Below are positions 28,910 through 57,578 of a DNA stretch of 64,000 bases, piece by piece. Below the pieces are notes generated by a model. That model did not search any database and was not told the origin of the DNA. It saw only the letters and a program-made list of their open reading frames with translations. The stretch spans positions 449,539 through 513,538 of the forward strand of contig NIVC01000525.1 in NCBI GenBank assembly GCA_002269645.1, in the 5' to 3' direction. How positions within the stretch are numbered: the first letter of the stretch is position 1; each line of letters opens with the position of its first letter. A program made the translations under genes and the position numbers. This stretch comes from Macrostomum lignano. Lineage: Eukaryota.

Positions 28910-30630
28910 TCCCTGATCCCTGAGCCTGCCGCTCCAGATCCTCTCTCTCTAGCACTTCCTGAACCCTGAGCCTTCCGCTCCAGATCCTCTCTCTCTCTCT
29001 CTGGGACTTCCTGAACCCTGAGCCTGCCGCTCCAGATCCTCTCTCTCTCTCTCTGGGACTTCCTGAACCCTGAGCCTGCCGCTCCAGATCCTCTCTCTCT
29101 CTCTCTGGGACTTCCTGAACCCTGAGCCTGCCGCTCCAGATCCTCTCTCTCTCTCTCTGGGACTTCCTGAACCCTGAGCCTGCCGCTCCAGATCCTCTCT
29201 CTCTGGGACTTCCTGATCCCTGAGCCTGCCGCTCCAGATCCTCTCTCTCTGGGACTTCCTGATCCCTGAGCCTGCCGCTCCAGATCCTCTCTCTCTCTCT
29301 CTCTGGGACTTCCTGAACCCTGAGCCTTCCGCTCCAGATCCTCTCTCTCTGGGACTTCCTGATCCCTGAGCCTGCCGCTCCAGATCCTCTCTCTCTCTCT
29401 CTGGGACTTCCTGAACCCTGAGCCTGCCGCTCCAGATCCTCTCTCTCTGGGACTTCCTGAACCCTGAGCCTGCCGCTCCAGATCCCCTCTCTCTGGCACT
29501 TACTGATCCCTGAGCCTGCCGCTCCAGATCCTCTCTCTCTCTCTGGGACTTCCTGAACCCTGAGCCTGCCGCTCCAGATCCTCTCTCTCTGGGACTTCCT
29601 GATCCCTGAGCCTGCCGCTCCAGATCATCTCTCTCTCTCTGGGACTTCCTGATCCCTGAGCCTGCCGCTCCAGATCCCCTCTCTCTGGCACTTACTGATC
29701 CCTGAGCCTGCCGCTCCAGATCCTCTCTCTCTCTCTCTGGGACTTCCTGAACCCTGAGCCTGCCGCTCCAGATCCTCTCTCTCTCTCTGGGACTTCCTGA
29801 ACCCTGAGCCTGCCGCTCCAGATCCCCTCTCTCTGGCACTTACTGATCCCTGAGCCTGCCGCTCCAGATCCTCTCTCTCTCTCTGGGACTTCCTGAACCC
29901 TGAGCCTGCCGCTCCAGATCCTCTCTCTCTCTCTGGGACTTCCTGAACCCTGAGCCTGCCGCTCCAGATCCCCTCTCTCTGGCACTTACTGATCCCTGAG
30001 CCTGCCGCTCCAGATCCCCTCTCTCTGGCACTTACTGAACCCTGAGCCTGCCGCTCCAGATCCTCTCTCTCTCTCTGGGACTTCCTGAACCCTGAGCCTG
30101 CCGCTCCAGATCCTCTCTCTCTCTCTGGGACTTCCTGAACCCTGAGCCTGCCGCTCCAGATCCCCTCTCTCTGGCACTTACTGATCCCTGAGCCTGCCGC
30201 TCCAGATCCCCTCTCTCTGGCACTTACTGATCCCTGAGCCTGCCGCTCCAGATCCCCTCTCTCTGGCACTTACTGATCCCTGAGCCTGCCGCTCCAGATC
30301 CTCTCTCTCTCTCTCTGGGACTTCCTGAACCCTGAGCCTGCCGCTCCAGATCCTCTCTCTCTGGGACTTCCTGATCCCTGAGCCTGCCGCTCCAGATCCT
30401 CTCTCTCTCTCTGGGACTTCCTGATCCCTGAGCCTGCCGCTCCAGATCCCCTCTCTCTGGGACTTACTGATCCCTGAGCCTGCCGCTCCAGATCCCCTCT
30501 CTCTGGCACTTACTGAACCCTGAGCCTGCCGCTCCAGATCCCCTCCCCGGGACTCCCTGAACCCTGAGCCTGCCGCTCCGGATCCCCTCCCCGGGACTCC
30601 CTGAACCCTAAGCCTGGCGCTCCAGATCCC
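28910..30630 (+). repeat. About 46-54-bp minisatellite (CCTGAGCCTGCCGCTCCAGATCC(CT)nGGGACTTCCTGAA) with a variable internal CT run
   Basis: Direct reading. Begins about 35 nt after the SUMF1 stop codon. Confidence 0.93.
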
Positions 30631-30982
30631 CGTTGATTATCCAAGAGTCATCACAAAGAAAACTGTTAGAAGTTAAGCGATTGATTAAAAATAGAAAAAA
30701 TATTGAAGTTGAACAATTTTTTAGATGCATAATATATTTTAATGATCTGTCTGATTCTATTTTAGCCTATTAATATTTAAATGTGTCAAGTTTTACAATT
30801 CGTAAATTTAAATATATTGATTTGTAATGGTGCTAATTGGTATTTTCTTATCTATTTTTTTGTTCTAACTGTTACTCTTTTGTGTTATTTATTGATTGAA
30901 CATTTGCGTTTGCTGATATGAATTTTCTATGCAAATGTTGGGTTCTCTCGCTACCTTATCGTTTTTTTTAGAAACTCTTGGA

Positions 30983-31913
30983 CAGGGGTCGGCAAACTCC
31001 GCCTAGCGGGTCACGGCCACATGCGGCCCGCGAAGCCTCTCTATCCGGCCATCATGTCCGTGAAACTCAATGTTTGTGTCTCTTCTCAGCGCTCTTCTCT
31101 AATCTCCTCTTCTCTTTTATCTCCCTCCTCTCCTCTCTCTGCTCTCTCTCCTCTCTCTCCTCTCCCTCCTCTCTCCTCTCTCTCCTCTCTCTTCTCTCTC
31201 CTCTCTCCTCCTCTCTCCTCCTCTCCCTCCTCTCTCCTCTCTCCTCTCTCCTCCTCTCTCTCCTCTCTCCTCTCTCCTCTCCCTCCTCTCTCTCTCCTCT
31301 CTCCTCTCCCTCCTCTCTCTCCTCTCTCTCCTCTCTCCTCTCTCCTCCTCTCCTCCTCTCTCTCCTCTCTCCTCCCTCCTCTCTCTCCTCTCTCCTCCTC
31401 TCTCCTCTCTCCTCTCTCTCCTCTCTCCTCTCCCTCCTCTCTCTCTCTCCTCCTCTCTCCTCTCTCCTCCTCTCTCCTCCTCTCTCTCCTCTCCTCTCTC
31501 TTCTCTCTCCTCTCTCCTCCTCTCTCCTCTCTCCTCTCTCTTCTCTCTCCTCTCTCCTCCTCTCTCCTCTCTCCTCCTCTCTCCTCTCTCCTCTCCCTCC
31601 TCTCTCTCCTCTCTCCTCCTCTCTCCTCTCTCCTCCTCTCTCTCCTCCTCTCTCTCCTCTCTCCTCTCTCTCTCTCCTCTCTCCTCCTCTCTCCTCCTCT
31701 CTCTCCTCTCCTCTCTCCTCCTCTCTCCTCTCTCCTCCTCTCTCTCTCCTCTCTCTCCTTTCCTCTCTGCTCTCTTCTCTTTTTTCCCTTGCCTCACCTT
31801 TGTTGTCATATTTCCCTTCTCTCTTTTCCATCTCCTCTCTCCCCTCCTCTGGCCGCAGTCATGCTCTCGGTTTTCTTTCTAGCCATTGAGGTAAAAAGGT
31901 TTGCCGAGCCCTG
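30983..31913. mobile_element. Non-autonomous hAT (Charlie-like) DNA transposon with an internal CT-rich expansion
   Basis: TIRs CAGGGGTCGGCAAAC (30983) and GTTTGCCGAGCCCTG (to 31913). Subterminal GGCCACATGCGGCCCGCG is typical of such MITEs. Flanking 8-mers CTCTTGGA / CTCTAAGA match 6/8 and resemble the NTCTAGAN hAT target. Confidence 0.8.
31085..31780 (+). repeat. Homopyrimidine (CTCTCCT-like) tract inside the hAT MITE
   Basis: Direct reading. Confidence 0.92.
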
Positions 31914-32590
31914 CTCTAAGAAGAGGGAAGGTCAGCAACCCCCTTTCCAGATTACTGTTGCTGCCGCGTTCTCTAAATGTCCCGTACGCTCATTCCTATC
32001 CCGAGACCCGGCCAGCCATGGTAACAGCCAATAGCGCGCTTGAATCCTACCGCTGTTACCCACTGCAACCGCTCCCTATTCCATTGCGCAGCACAGTACA
32101 GTTCTCTTTCAATCAAGCTAGCAGCTTTTTGCGCGAACAATACAAAGCTATCCCATAATCTTCTTCAGCCAGCTTGGTGCACTTTTATCAGACGGGACCT
32201 GTCTCTAAGATTGAAGGGTAAGTTTCTATGGACATGTTTGCATGAGAAATATACAAATTTTATTAATTACATCTATAAAATATCCCAACTGACCCGGGTT
32301 ACCAACCCCTCCTCCGTCCCGTTCACTCCTTAGCTCTATTGTTCTTCTATTGATCTGGCCGTTGACCGTGCAGTATCCAGTTTATATATCTACATATAGT
32401 GGCTAGGCTTGTCCTATGCTGCCAGGACTCTACATTGCGGATAGTTTAGCTTTGCACTATTTGTTTAATATAGCCGACTATCCAGCCCTAGAACAAGCCG
32501 ACTTGATTATCCTTCGAGCGTAATAACCAGTGCTATGGTAAGCCTGTACTATCAGGTTCCTAGTGTTTTTTAATTATTGCTTGTTTTTAA

Positions 32591-32848
32591 GGGCGTTGTA
32601 GCCCCTAGTGGTTGGGGAATCGGACTCAAGACTTGAAGGTCGGGGGTTCGATTCTTGATTCCAGTCGGAACAATTTGTGTCCTTGAGCAAGACACACTTA
32701 AGAGGGTGTGTGTGTGGCGACTCCCCCAGTCCTTGGACTGAACAGCCGTACGGGCCTTCAGATGCACCGCGCAATAGCTGCGGCTGAGCTGTCGGTTGCA
32801 CATCTGGCCCAATTCGGGCAGGTTAATCAATAATTATTATTATTATTA
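32591..32848 (+). mobile_element. tRNA-derived SINE, apparently full length
   Basis: A-box-like TAGTGGTTGG and B-box GGTTCGATTC, then the body motif GTGTCCTTGAGCAAGACAC common in invertebrate and fish SINEs, then a (TTA)n tail. A second copy is at 57995-58114. Confidence 0.8.
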
Positions 32849-32974
32849 CTGTTTATAGAAAATGCTCGAACAGTGTCGCATTGTTTCAGTATAATTCTAC
32901 TTAATACCGCTTGGCTTTCCTGCTCTATAAGACGTTGCATTAATTTTGTTTTATAGGTTTCTAAATCGTACAAA

Positions 32975-49875
<16,901 letters not shown>

Positions 49876-50687
49876 CCTGCTGCTCGGTTTAGCTAAACCG
49901 CATGGCGGAGCGGTGGCTCACCTTAACAAATGGAGTTTCTCTTAGCAACGGGGTTTACCTTAGCGACAGGGTTCACATTAGCGACGGGGTTCACCTTAGC
50001 GATGGGGTTTGTCGTGGCAAACGGGTTTTCTTTTTGCAACAAGTTTATCCTTATGAATTTTTAAAGTTTCACTTAGCAACCATCAGTGTGTAAGTTTCGC
50101 GCAATTGTATTTTAGTACATCGATAATTTATTGTTATAACTGTATTATATTAACGAGCTAGTTAGTCGGTTAATTAACCTTTTCCATATTTACAGTTACT
50201 TTTTCTTTTTAGCCTGTAATTTGCAAATTCAGCATATCTCCGCTATCATTGAACTCGTAATACTCATACAGAGTTGAAGCCGCTAATTGCTCAGACAGGC
50301 GTGGACACCTGTTAAACTGTTTATCCTGTCATATTCCCTGACACAGTTGTGCGGACAGAGCGTTTAATAAATGCATTCTATATTTTTTAACTCGCAACCC
50401 GTTTTCCTTTGGAAAATTCTTCCAAACAGTGGGAAGTGTTTTTGGTTAAGAGGGACGGAAGATCTTTAGGTTAGGAGCGCTACTGTTTGTCAATTTAACT
50501 GGAGTCAGAGCAACTATGTTCTACGTATGTTATTTACTTTTTTACCGAATTCATGTCATAAAATATACCGCAAATTCCGTTTCTTAGTTCTTTGTTGTTT
50601 TTTAGTTCATTGATTTTCGGCGCATGGGTGAGACAAGATTTTCTAAGAATACAGAAAAAATGGAAGATGTTTTTATCCTGCTCTTGT

Positions 50688-51180
50688 CACTATGAGAATT
50701 GAGTATGCGATTTTCTCACTATGAGAATTGAGTATGCGATTTTCTCACTATGAGAATTGAGTGGGCGATTTTCTCACTATGAGAATTGAGTGGGCGATTT
50801 TCTCACTATGAGAATTGAGTGGGCGATTTTCTCACTATGAGAATTGAGTGGGCGATTTTCTCACTATGAGAATTGAGTGGGCGATTTTCTCACTATGAGA
50901 ATTGAGTGGGCGATTTTCTCACTATGAGAATTGAGTATGCGATTTTCTCACTATGAGAATTGAGTGGGCGATTTTCTCACTATGAGAATTGAGTGGGCGA
51001 TTTTCTCACTATGAGAATTGAGTGGGCGATTTTCTCACTATGAGAATTGAGTATGCGATTTTCTCACTATGAGAATTGAGTGGGCGATTTTCTCACTATG
51101 AGAATTGAGTGGGCGATTTTCTCACTATGAGAATTGAGTGGGCGATTTTCTCACTATGAGAATTGAGTATGCGATTTTCC
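50688..51180 (+). repeat. 29-bp minisatellite (CACTATGAGAATTGAGTGGGCGATTTTCT), about 17 units
   Basis: Direct reading. Intergenic between the convergent ABCB1 and Rab7 genes. Confidence 0.93.
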
Positions 51181-51838
51181 TGAGAATTTGGCGATATTTA
51201 AGAAAGTAGGTACGCAAAAAACATTTCTATAATCAATAAAAATCATGCTGCTAAAGCCGCAGCGTACAATTCTGAATAATCATCGCCGTTATAGGTCGAA
51301 CTGCTCCGGGCACGGTGCTGGGCGTTATTTAAAATCGATATATTTATCAGATATAAACCAAAACTGAGTTATTATTACACTACTGTAGAAGGGATCGTTT
51401 ACAGTAGAATTATAAATGGCCTCACTGTATGCAGACACGGTATTCAGCATAGCTTAGCTTTAATACACAAGGACCAGCCGCTATCAGTAGCGGACAAAAT
51501 GTTGAAAAAAAGTTTAGAATTGCAAATAACAAAAAATTCCTTTCTCGGTGACTGCAATTATCTGTCAGTGCTGAATATATACTTATTAAAATTATATAAT
51601 TTTCTGTAACAGTAATAGTTTATAAAGATGAGAACCGCTGACAGTTGCAGGCAATCTGCAAAACTTGAAATTTATAAATAACAGCGCGAAGTTTTACAAG
51701 CTGAACCTGTATGCACCGATTAAGTGGATTTAGTGCACTTCCTATTCACAATTGCATGCTGGGATTAAAATATTGAGTACTGATGGACAAGAGCAAGAGG
51801 GTTGGTGGTAGAGACAGAGACCGCTGATAGAGACCCAT

Positions 51839-51988
51839 CAGCGGCGCATCCAGAAATGTGTTTAGGGGGCGGATTATGAAGGCTACCTCGTAAAGACCCA
51901 AAGGGGCGGAAGTGGTGGTTCTGTATTTTGGCAAAATTTCCGGTACCCAACGAAGGGGGGAACGCCCCCCCCCCTTGATACGCTCCTG
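51839..51988. mobile_element. 150-bp hAT-type MITE
   Basis: Imperfect TIRs CAGCGGCGCATCCAG / CTTGATACGCTCCTG with G/C-run subterminals. Flanking 8-mers AGACCCAT / AGACCGAT match 7/8, although the flanks are themselves repeat-like. Confidence 0.6.
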
Positions 51989-51999
51989 AGACCGATAGA

Positions 52000-52590
52000 G
52001 ACCAGAGAGAGACAAATAGAGAACAGAGATAGAGAGTGATAGAGACAGATAGAGACCAAGTGGAGACCAGAGAAAGACAAATAGAGAACAGAGAAAGAGA
52101 CCAACAGAGAACAGAAATAGAGACCGATAGAGACCCATAGAGACCAGAGATAAGAGATCGAGACCAATAGAGACCAGAGATAAGAGATCGAGACCAATAG
52201 AGACCAGAGATAAGAGATAAGAGACCAGAGATAAGAGATAAAGACCAGAGATAAGAGATCGAGACCAATAGAGACCAGAGATAAGAGATCGAGACCAATA
52301 GAGACCAGAGATAAGAGATCGAGACCAATAGAGACCAGAGATAAGAGATCGAGACCAATAGAGACCAGAGATAAGAGATAGAGACCAGAGATAATAGATA
52401 AAGACCAGAGATAAGAGATCGAGACCAATAGAGACCAGAGATAAGAGATAGAGACCAGAGATAAGAGATAAAGACCAGAGATAAGAGACCGAGACCAATA
52501 GAGACCAGAGATAAGAGATAAAGACCAGAGATAAGAGATCGAGACCAATAGAGACCAGAGATAAGAGATAGAGACCAATAGAGACCAGAG
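52000..52590 (+). repeat. About 20-30-bp purine-rich minisatellite (AGAGACCAGAGATAAGAGATCGAGACCAAT)
   Basis: Direct reading. Confidence 0.9.
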
Positions 52591-53170
52591 ACAGGTATAC
52601 TAACCGCAAATTTAATGAGAAAAGGTAACAAATCAGCAGAATACAGACAATATAACAACTGGATGAACGTAGAAAAATAAATTTATTAATTAACAAGCAG
52701 GACAACACGATCTGTAGAGATCAATCAATCAGTCAATCTATCAATAAACGAATCAAAAAATCAGACTGACCGAATCAATGCGAAATGAACAATGACAATT
52801 GAAAACATTCAGACGGGAATTCAGAGGCGGGGGAAATGTTTCAATCAAAATTGAATAAAAGAACAAACCAAGCCAGGGAATTTTTATATTAGGATCTGAG
52901 CTAGTAGGGACTCCCGCGGCTGTTACTGGAGGTGACTTTACGATCCTGCTTGGAATCAAGTCCGGGACCTCCAACAAAAAATTCTCTTTTGTCACAAAGC
53001 CGCCGCGGGACTCCTATATAGCTCTACAATCTTCTTTATAGGACAGGGCATTAAAACAACTACTGGTTATAAACTAAGAAGATCTATATTTAGAATCATG
53101 ATGCATAAATGAGTCACAGGTTGCTAAGTACAATTTATAATTAGCCTGCAGGTGAAAGATGTGTTGGGGC

Positions 53171-54627
53171 TCAGCAGGAGCAGCCGCCGCTCTGCTGCTG
53201 CCCGCCCTGCTGTCCGGCGCCGCCCTGCAGCTGGATGGCCGGCGGCAGCTCCGAGGCGCCGGCGTCGTCGGAGGCGGCCTCCTGGGCCAGGGCGTCCTTG
53301 GCCAGCTGCATGAAGGCGGCCTCAACGTTGACGGCCTCCTTGGCGCTGCACTCGAAGTAGGGCATGTTGGACTTGGTCTGCGCCCACTGGGCCGCGCGCT
53401 TCTTGGTGACGCCGCGGTTCTCCAGGTCGATCTTGTTGCCAACCAGCACGAATGGGAAATTGTCCGGGTCGCGGGGGCTGGCCTGGATGAGGAACTCGTC
53501 CCGCCACGAGTCCAGGGTCTTGAAGGAGTTCGGCTGCGTCACGTCGTACACTGCGGGTGCGGGCGGGGATCTGGGAGGTGACTGGGGATCTGGGAGGTTA
53601 TCAGGGATCAGGGAGGTGATCAGGGATCAGGGAGGTGATCAGGGATCAGGGAGGTGACTGGGGATCCGGGAGGTGATCAGGGATCAGGGAGGTGACTGGG
53701 GATCTGGAAGGTGACTGGGGATCTGGAAGGTGATCGGGGATCTGGGAGGTGATCAGGGATCTGGGAGGTGACTGGGGATCTGGGAGGTGACTGGGGATCT
53801 GGGAGGTGATCGGGGGTCTGGGAAGTGATCAGGGGATCTGGGAGGTGACTGGGGATCTGGGAGGTGACTGGGGATCTGGGAGGTGATCGGGGGTCTGGGA
53901 AGTGATCAGGGGATCTGGGAGGTGACTGGGGGTCTGGGAGGTGATTGGGGATCCGGGAGGTGACTGGGGATCTGGGAGCTGATCAGGGGATCTGGGAGGT
54001 GATTGGGGATCTGGGAGGTGATCGGGGGTCTGGGAAGTGATCAGGGGATCTGGGAGGTGACTGGGGATCTGGGAGGTGACTGGGGATCTGGGAGGTGATC
54101 GGGGGTCTGGGAAGTGATCAGGGGATCTGGGAGGTGACTGGGGATCTGGGAGCTGATTGGGGATCTGGGAGGTGATTGGGGATCGGGAGGTAATCAGGGA
54201 TCTGAAAGGTGATCAGGGATCTGGGAGGTGATTGGAGATCTGGGAGGTGATTGGGGATCGGGAGGTAATCAGGGATCTGAAAGGTGATCGGGGATAGTAG
54301 GACTGTACGAGATGCTGGCGGTTCTGCCAGGGGTGCCAGCAGGCACAACGCTCGGCACTCACCCAGCATGCACGAGTCGGCGCCGCGGTAGAAGGCGACG
54401 CCCAGCGACTGGAACCGCTCCTGGCCGGCCGTGTCCCACAGCTGCAGGGTGACCACCCGGTCATCAACCATGAGCTCCTTGGTGAGGAAGTCCGCACCAA
54501 TTGTGGCTTTGTACTGGTTGCTGAACTTCCTGTTCACGAATTGGTTCATTAGGGAGGTCTTGCCGACACCGGAGTCGCCAAGGATGATCACCTTCAATAG
54601 GATCTTCTTGCGGCTGGCGCTGGACAT
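53171..54627 (-). CDS. RAB7: Rab7 small GTPase, 214 aa; exons 54627-54363 and 53550-53171
   Basis: [90 protein letters not shown] and a C-terminal CSC prenylation motif. One phase-1 GT-AG intron; CDS is 645 nt. Confidence 0.96.
53570..54290 (+). repeat. 19-20-bp minisatellite (GGGGATCTGGGAGGTGACT), Rab7 intron
   Basis: Direct reading. The reverse complement carries CCTCCCAGATCC. Confidence 0.93.
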
Positions 54628-54824
54628 GATCGGCTGCTGCTGGATTGCTGCTTTCGGTTGCTAGGGAGGGTCAAGCTTGAGAGAGTTGTGGCTGGGGAGA
54701 AGCTGCTAGCATGAAGTCAGAGAGAATGCATTTGGAGGCATGATTAGTGGGTGGAATTGCGACTCTGGTGGGTAGATCTCCCACTTTGTTAAGAATCCCA
54801 CAAATCTGTAAATCTTAACCCCAT

Positions 54825-55350
54825 ATCCTGCACACTGATCCCCATATCCTACACACTGATCCCCATATCCTACATACTTATCCCCATATCCTGCACACTG
54901 ATCCCCATATCCTACACACTGATCCCCATATCCTAGACCCAAATCCCCATTTCCTACACACTGATCCCCATATCCTACACACTGATCCCCATATCCTAGA
55001 CCCAAATCCCCATTTCCTACACACTGATCCCCATATCCTACACACTGATCCCCATATCCTACACCCAAATCCCCATTTCCTACACACTGATCCCCATATC
55101 CTAGACCCAAATCCCCATTTCCTACACACTGATCCCCATATCCTGCACACTGATCCCCATATCCTGCACACAGATCCCCATATCCTGCACACTGATCCCC
55201 ATATCCTGCACACTGATCCCCATATCCTACACCCAAATCCCCATTTCCTACACACTGATCCCCATATCCTACACCCAAATCCCCATTTCCTACACACTGA
55301 TCCCCATATCCTACACCTAAATCCCCATTTCCTACACACAGATCCCCATA
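54825..55350 (+). repeat. 20-21-bp minisatellite (CTGATCCCCATATCCTACACA) upstream of Rab7
   Basis: Direct reading. Confidence 0.92.
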
Positions 55351-55874
55351 TCCTACACAAAGCCATAAAAATGTTTAAAGGGCGGACGGAAGTCTAATGA
55401 GCAAGTCTAAGTCTACTGTATTCGAAGGCCAGAAAATTACTGCAAAAAAGCAAATAGAAAATATAATTTTACAAAATTAACATATAAATATATATACAAC
55501 ACTACTGTAGAATCTACTCATAGGCACATCTTAATTTTTCATTTACGGTACATTTACGGAATAGGCGACAATTTTACTGCCATTTGAGTTGTAAAAATTG
55601 GAGCAAAACGCGATGATTACCAGACAAAATATTGGCATACAGTTATAGGCACATTACATTGACAAAATGACTGCTAGTATATTTAGGTATATAAAAATAT
55701 TGACGCGAGCATTCATTATTATAAAACAATTTTAATCGGTGTACTTGGGTACAGTGATTCGAAAATGCCTAATCAATGGGAATTATATTCCGAAAAATGG
55801 GCATTAGATTACATTCGGACTGATTCGGACCGATACGCCTTAGTTAATTAAATTGATTCTCACTTCCAACTTAT

Positions 55875-56205
55875 TGAGCGAGTGTACACTGGGCGGGGGG
55901 GGGGCTGAACTGGAGCGAGTGTACATTGGGTGGGGCTGAACTGGAGCGAGTGTACATTGGTTGGGGGCTGAACTGGAGCGAGTGTACATTGGGTGGGGGC
56001 TGAACTAGAGCGAGTGTACATTGGGTGGGGGCTGAACTGGAGCGAGTGTACATTGAGTGGGGCTGAACTGGAGCGAGTGTACATTGAGTGGGGCTGAACT
56101 GGAGCGAGTGTACATTGGGTGGGGGCTGAACTGGAGCGAGTGTACATTGGGTGGGGTCTGAACTGCAACTGGAGCGAGTGTACATTGGGTGGGGGCTGAA
56201 CTGGA
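55875..56205 (+). repeat. About 31-33-bp minisatellite (GGCTGAACTGGAGCGAGTGTACATTGGGTGG)
   Basis: Direct reading. Confidence 0.9.
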
Positions 56206-56631
56206 ACGCAAATATGATTTAGCAAAAATCTGTATTATTTACATTGTGTTTTTTCAGTATTTTAAGAATGAATTAAAATATTGTACGAAATTATAAAAAA
56301 AACTTGAAGATTTGAAGACGTTTTTTGAAATAAAAGAATCTCACGAATAAAACAATTTACCAGTAAAGAGTAATAAGATCACTAAGGCCCGCGCGCTGAG
56401 CTCATGCTGATGAAAATATGCATATTGAGAGAAGACAAAGCAGTAAAAGGAACCAGCTGCAACAAAAGTGCACAGCCGAAATACAATATTTTAAATGAAT
56501 AAAATGATAACATGCCTCACGTGCGATACTTAAATATCCTCGTATTAGTTTGCAACTGATTTGCAACTGATGTACAACTCAATTACAGTTGCAAAATTTC
56601 AGCTTCCGCTTTTTTAATGCTTGTGTTTATC

Positions 56632-57575
56632 TGCTCAATGTGTACCTTTGATTATCAGGATGACGTGTACTTATCCACCCAAGGTGTACCTGTGATTATC
56701 AGCATGACGTGTGCTTATCCACCCAAGGTGTACCTGTGATTATCAGGATGACGTGTACTTATCCACCCAATGTGTACCTGTGATTATCAGCATGACGTGT
56801 GTTCATCTGCTCAATGTGTACCTGTGATTATCAGGATGACGTGTACTTATCCACCCAAGGTGTACCTGTGATTATCAGCATGACGTGTACTTATCCACCC
56901 AAGGTGTACCTGTGATTATCAGCATGATGTGTGCTTATCTGCTCAATGTGTACCTGTGATTATCAGCATGACGTGTGCTTATCTGCTCAATGTGTACCTG
57001 TGATTATCAGCATGACGTGTGCTTATTTGCCCAATGTGTACCTGTGATTATCAGCACGACGTGTGTTCATCTGCTCAATGTGTACCTGTGATTATCAGCA
57101 TGACGTGTGCTTATCTGCCCAATGTGTACCTGTGATTATCAGCATGACGTGTGTTCATCTGCTCAATGTGTACCTGTGATTATCAGCATGACGTGTGCTT
57201 ATCTGCCCAATGTGTACCTGTGATTATCAGCACGACGTGTGTTCATCTGCTCAATGTGTACCTGTGATTATCAGCATGACGTGTGCTTATCTGCCCAATG
57301 TGTACCTGTGATTATCAGCATGACGTGTGCTTATCTGCCCAATGTGTACCTGTGATTATCAGCATGACGTGTGCTTATCTGCCCAATGTGTACCTGTGAT
57401 TATCAGCATGACGTGTGCTTATCTGCCCAATGTGTACCTGTGATTATCAGCATGACGTGTGCTTATCCACCCAATGTGTACCTGTGATTATCAGGATGAC
57501 GTGTGCTTATCTGCCCAATGTGTACCTGTGATTATCAGCATGACGTGTGCTTATCTGCCCAATGTGTACCTGTGC
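56632..57575 (+). repeat. 44-bp minisatellite (TGTACCTGTGATTATCAGCATGACGTGTGCTTATCTGCCCAATG), about 21 units
   Basis: Direct reading. Abuts the stop codon of the Rab7-like gene. Confidence 0.94.
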
Positions 57576-57578
57576 TAT

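Noticed and set aside
32591-32665. Possible tRNA gene
   Set aside because: A and B boxes are present, but the acceptor stem does not close and the sequence continues into a SINE body and tail. A second diverged copy exists.
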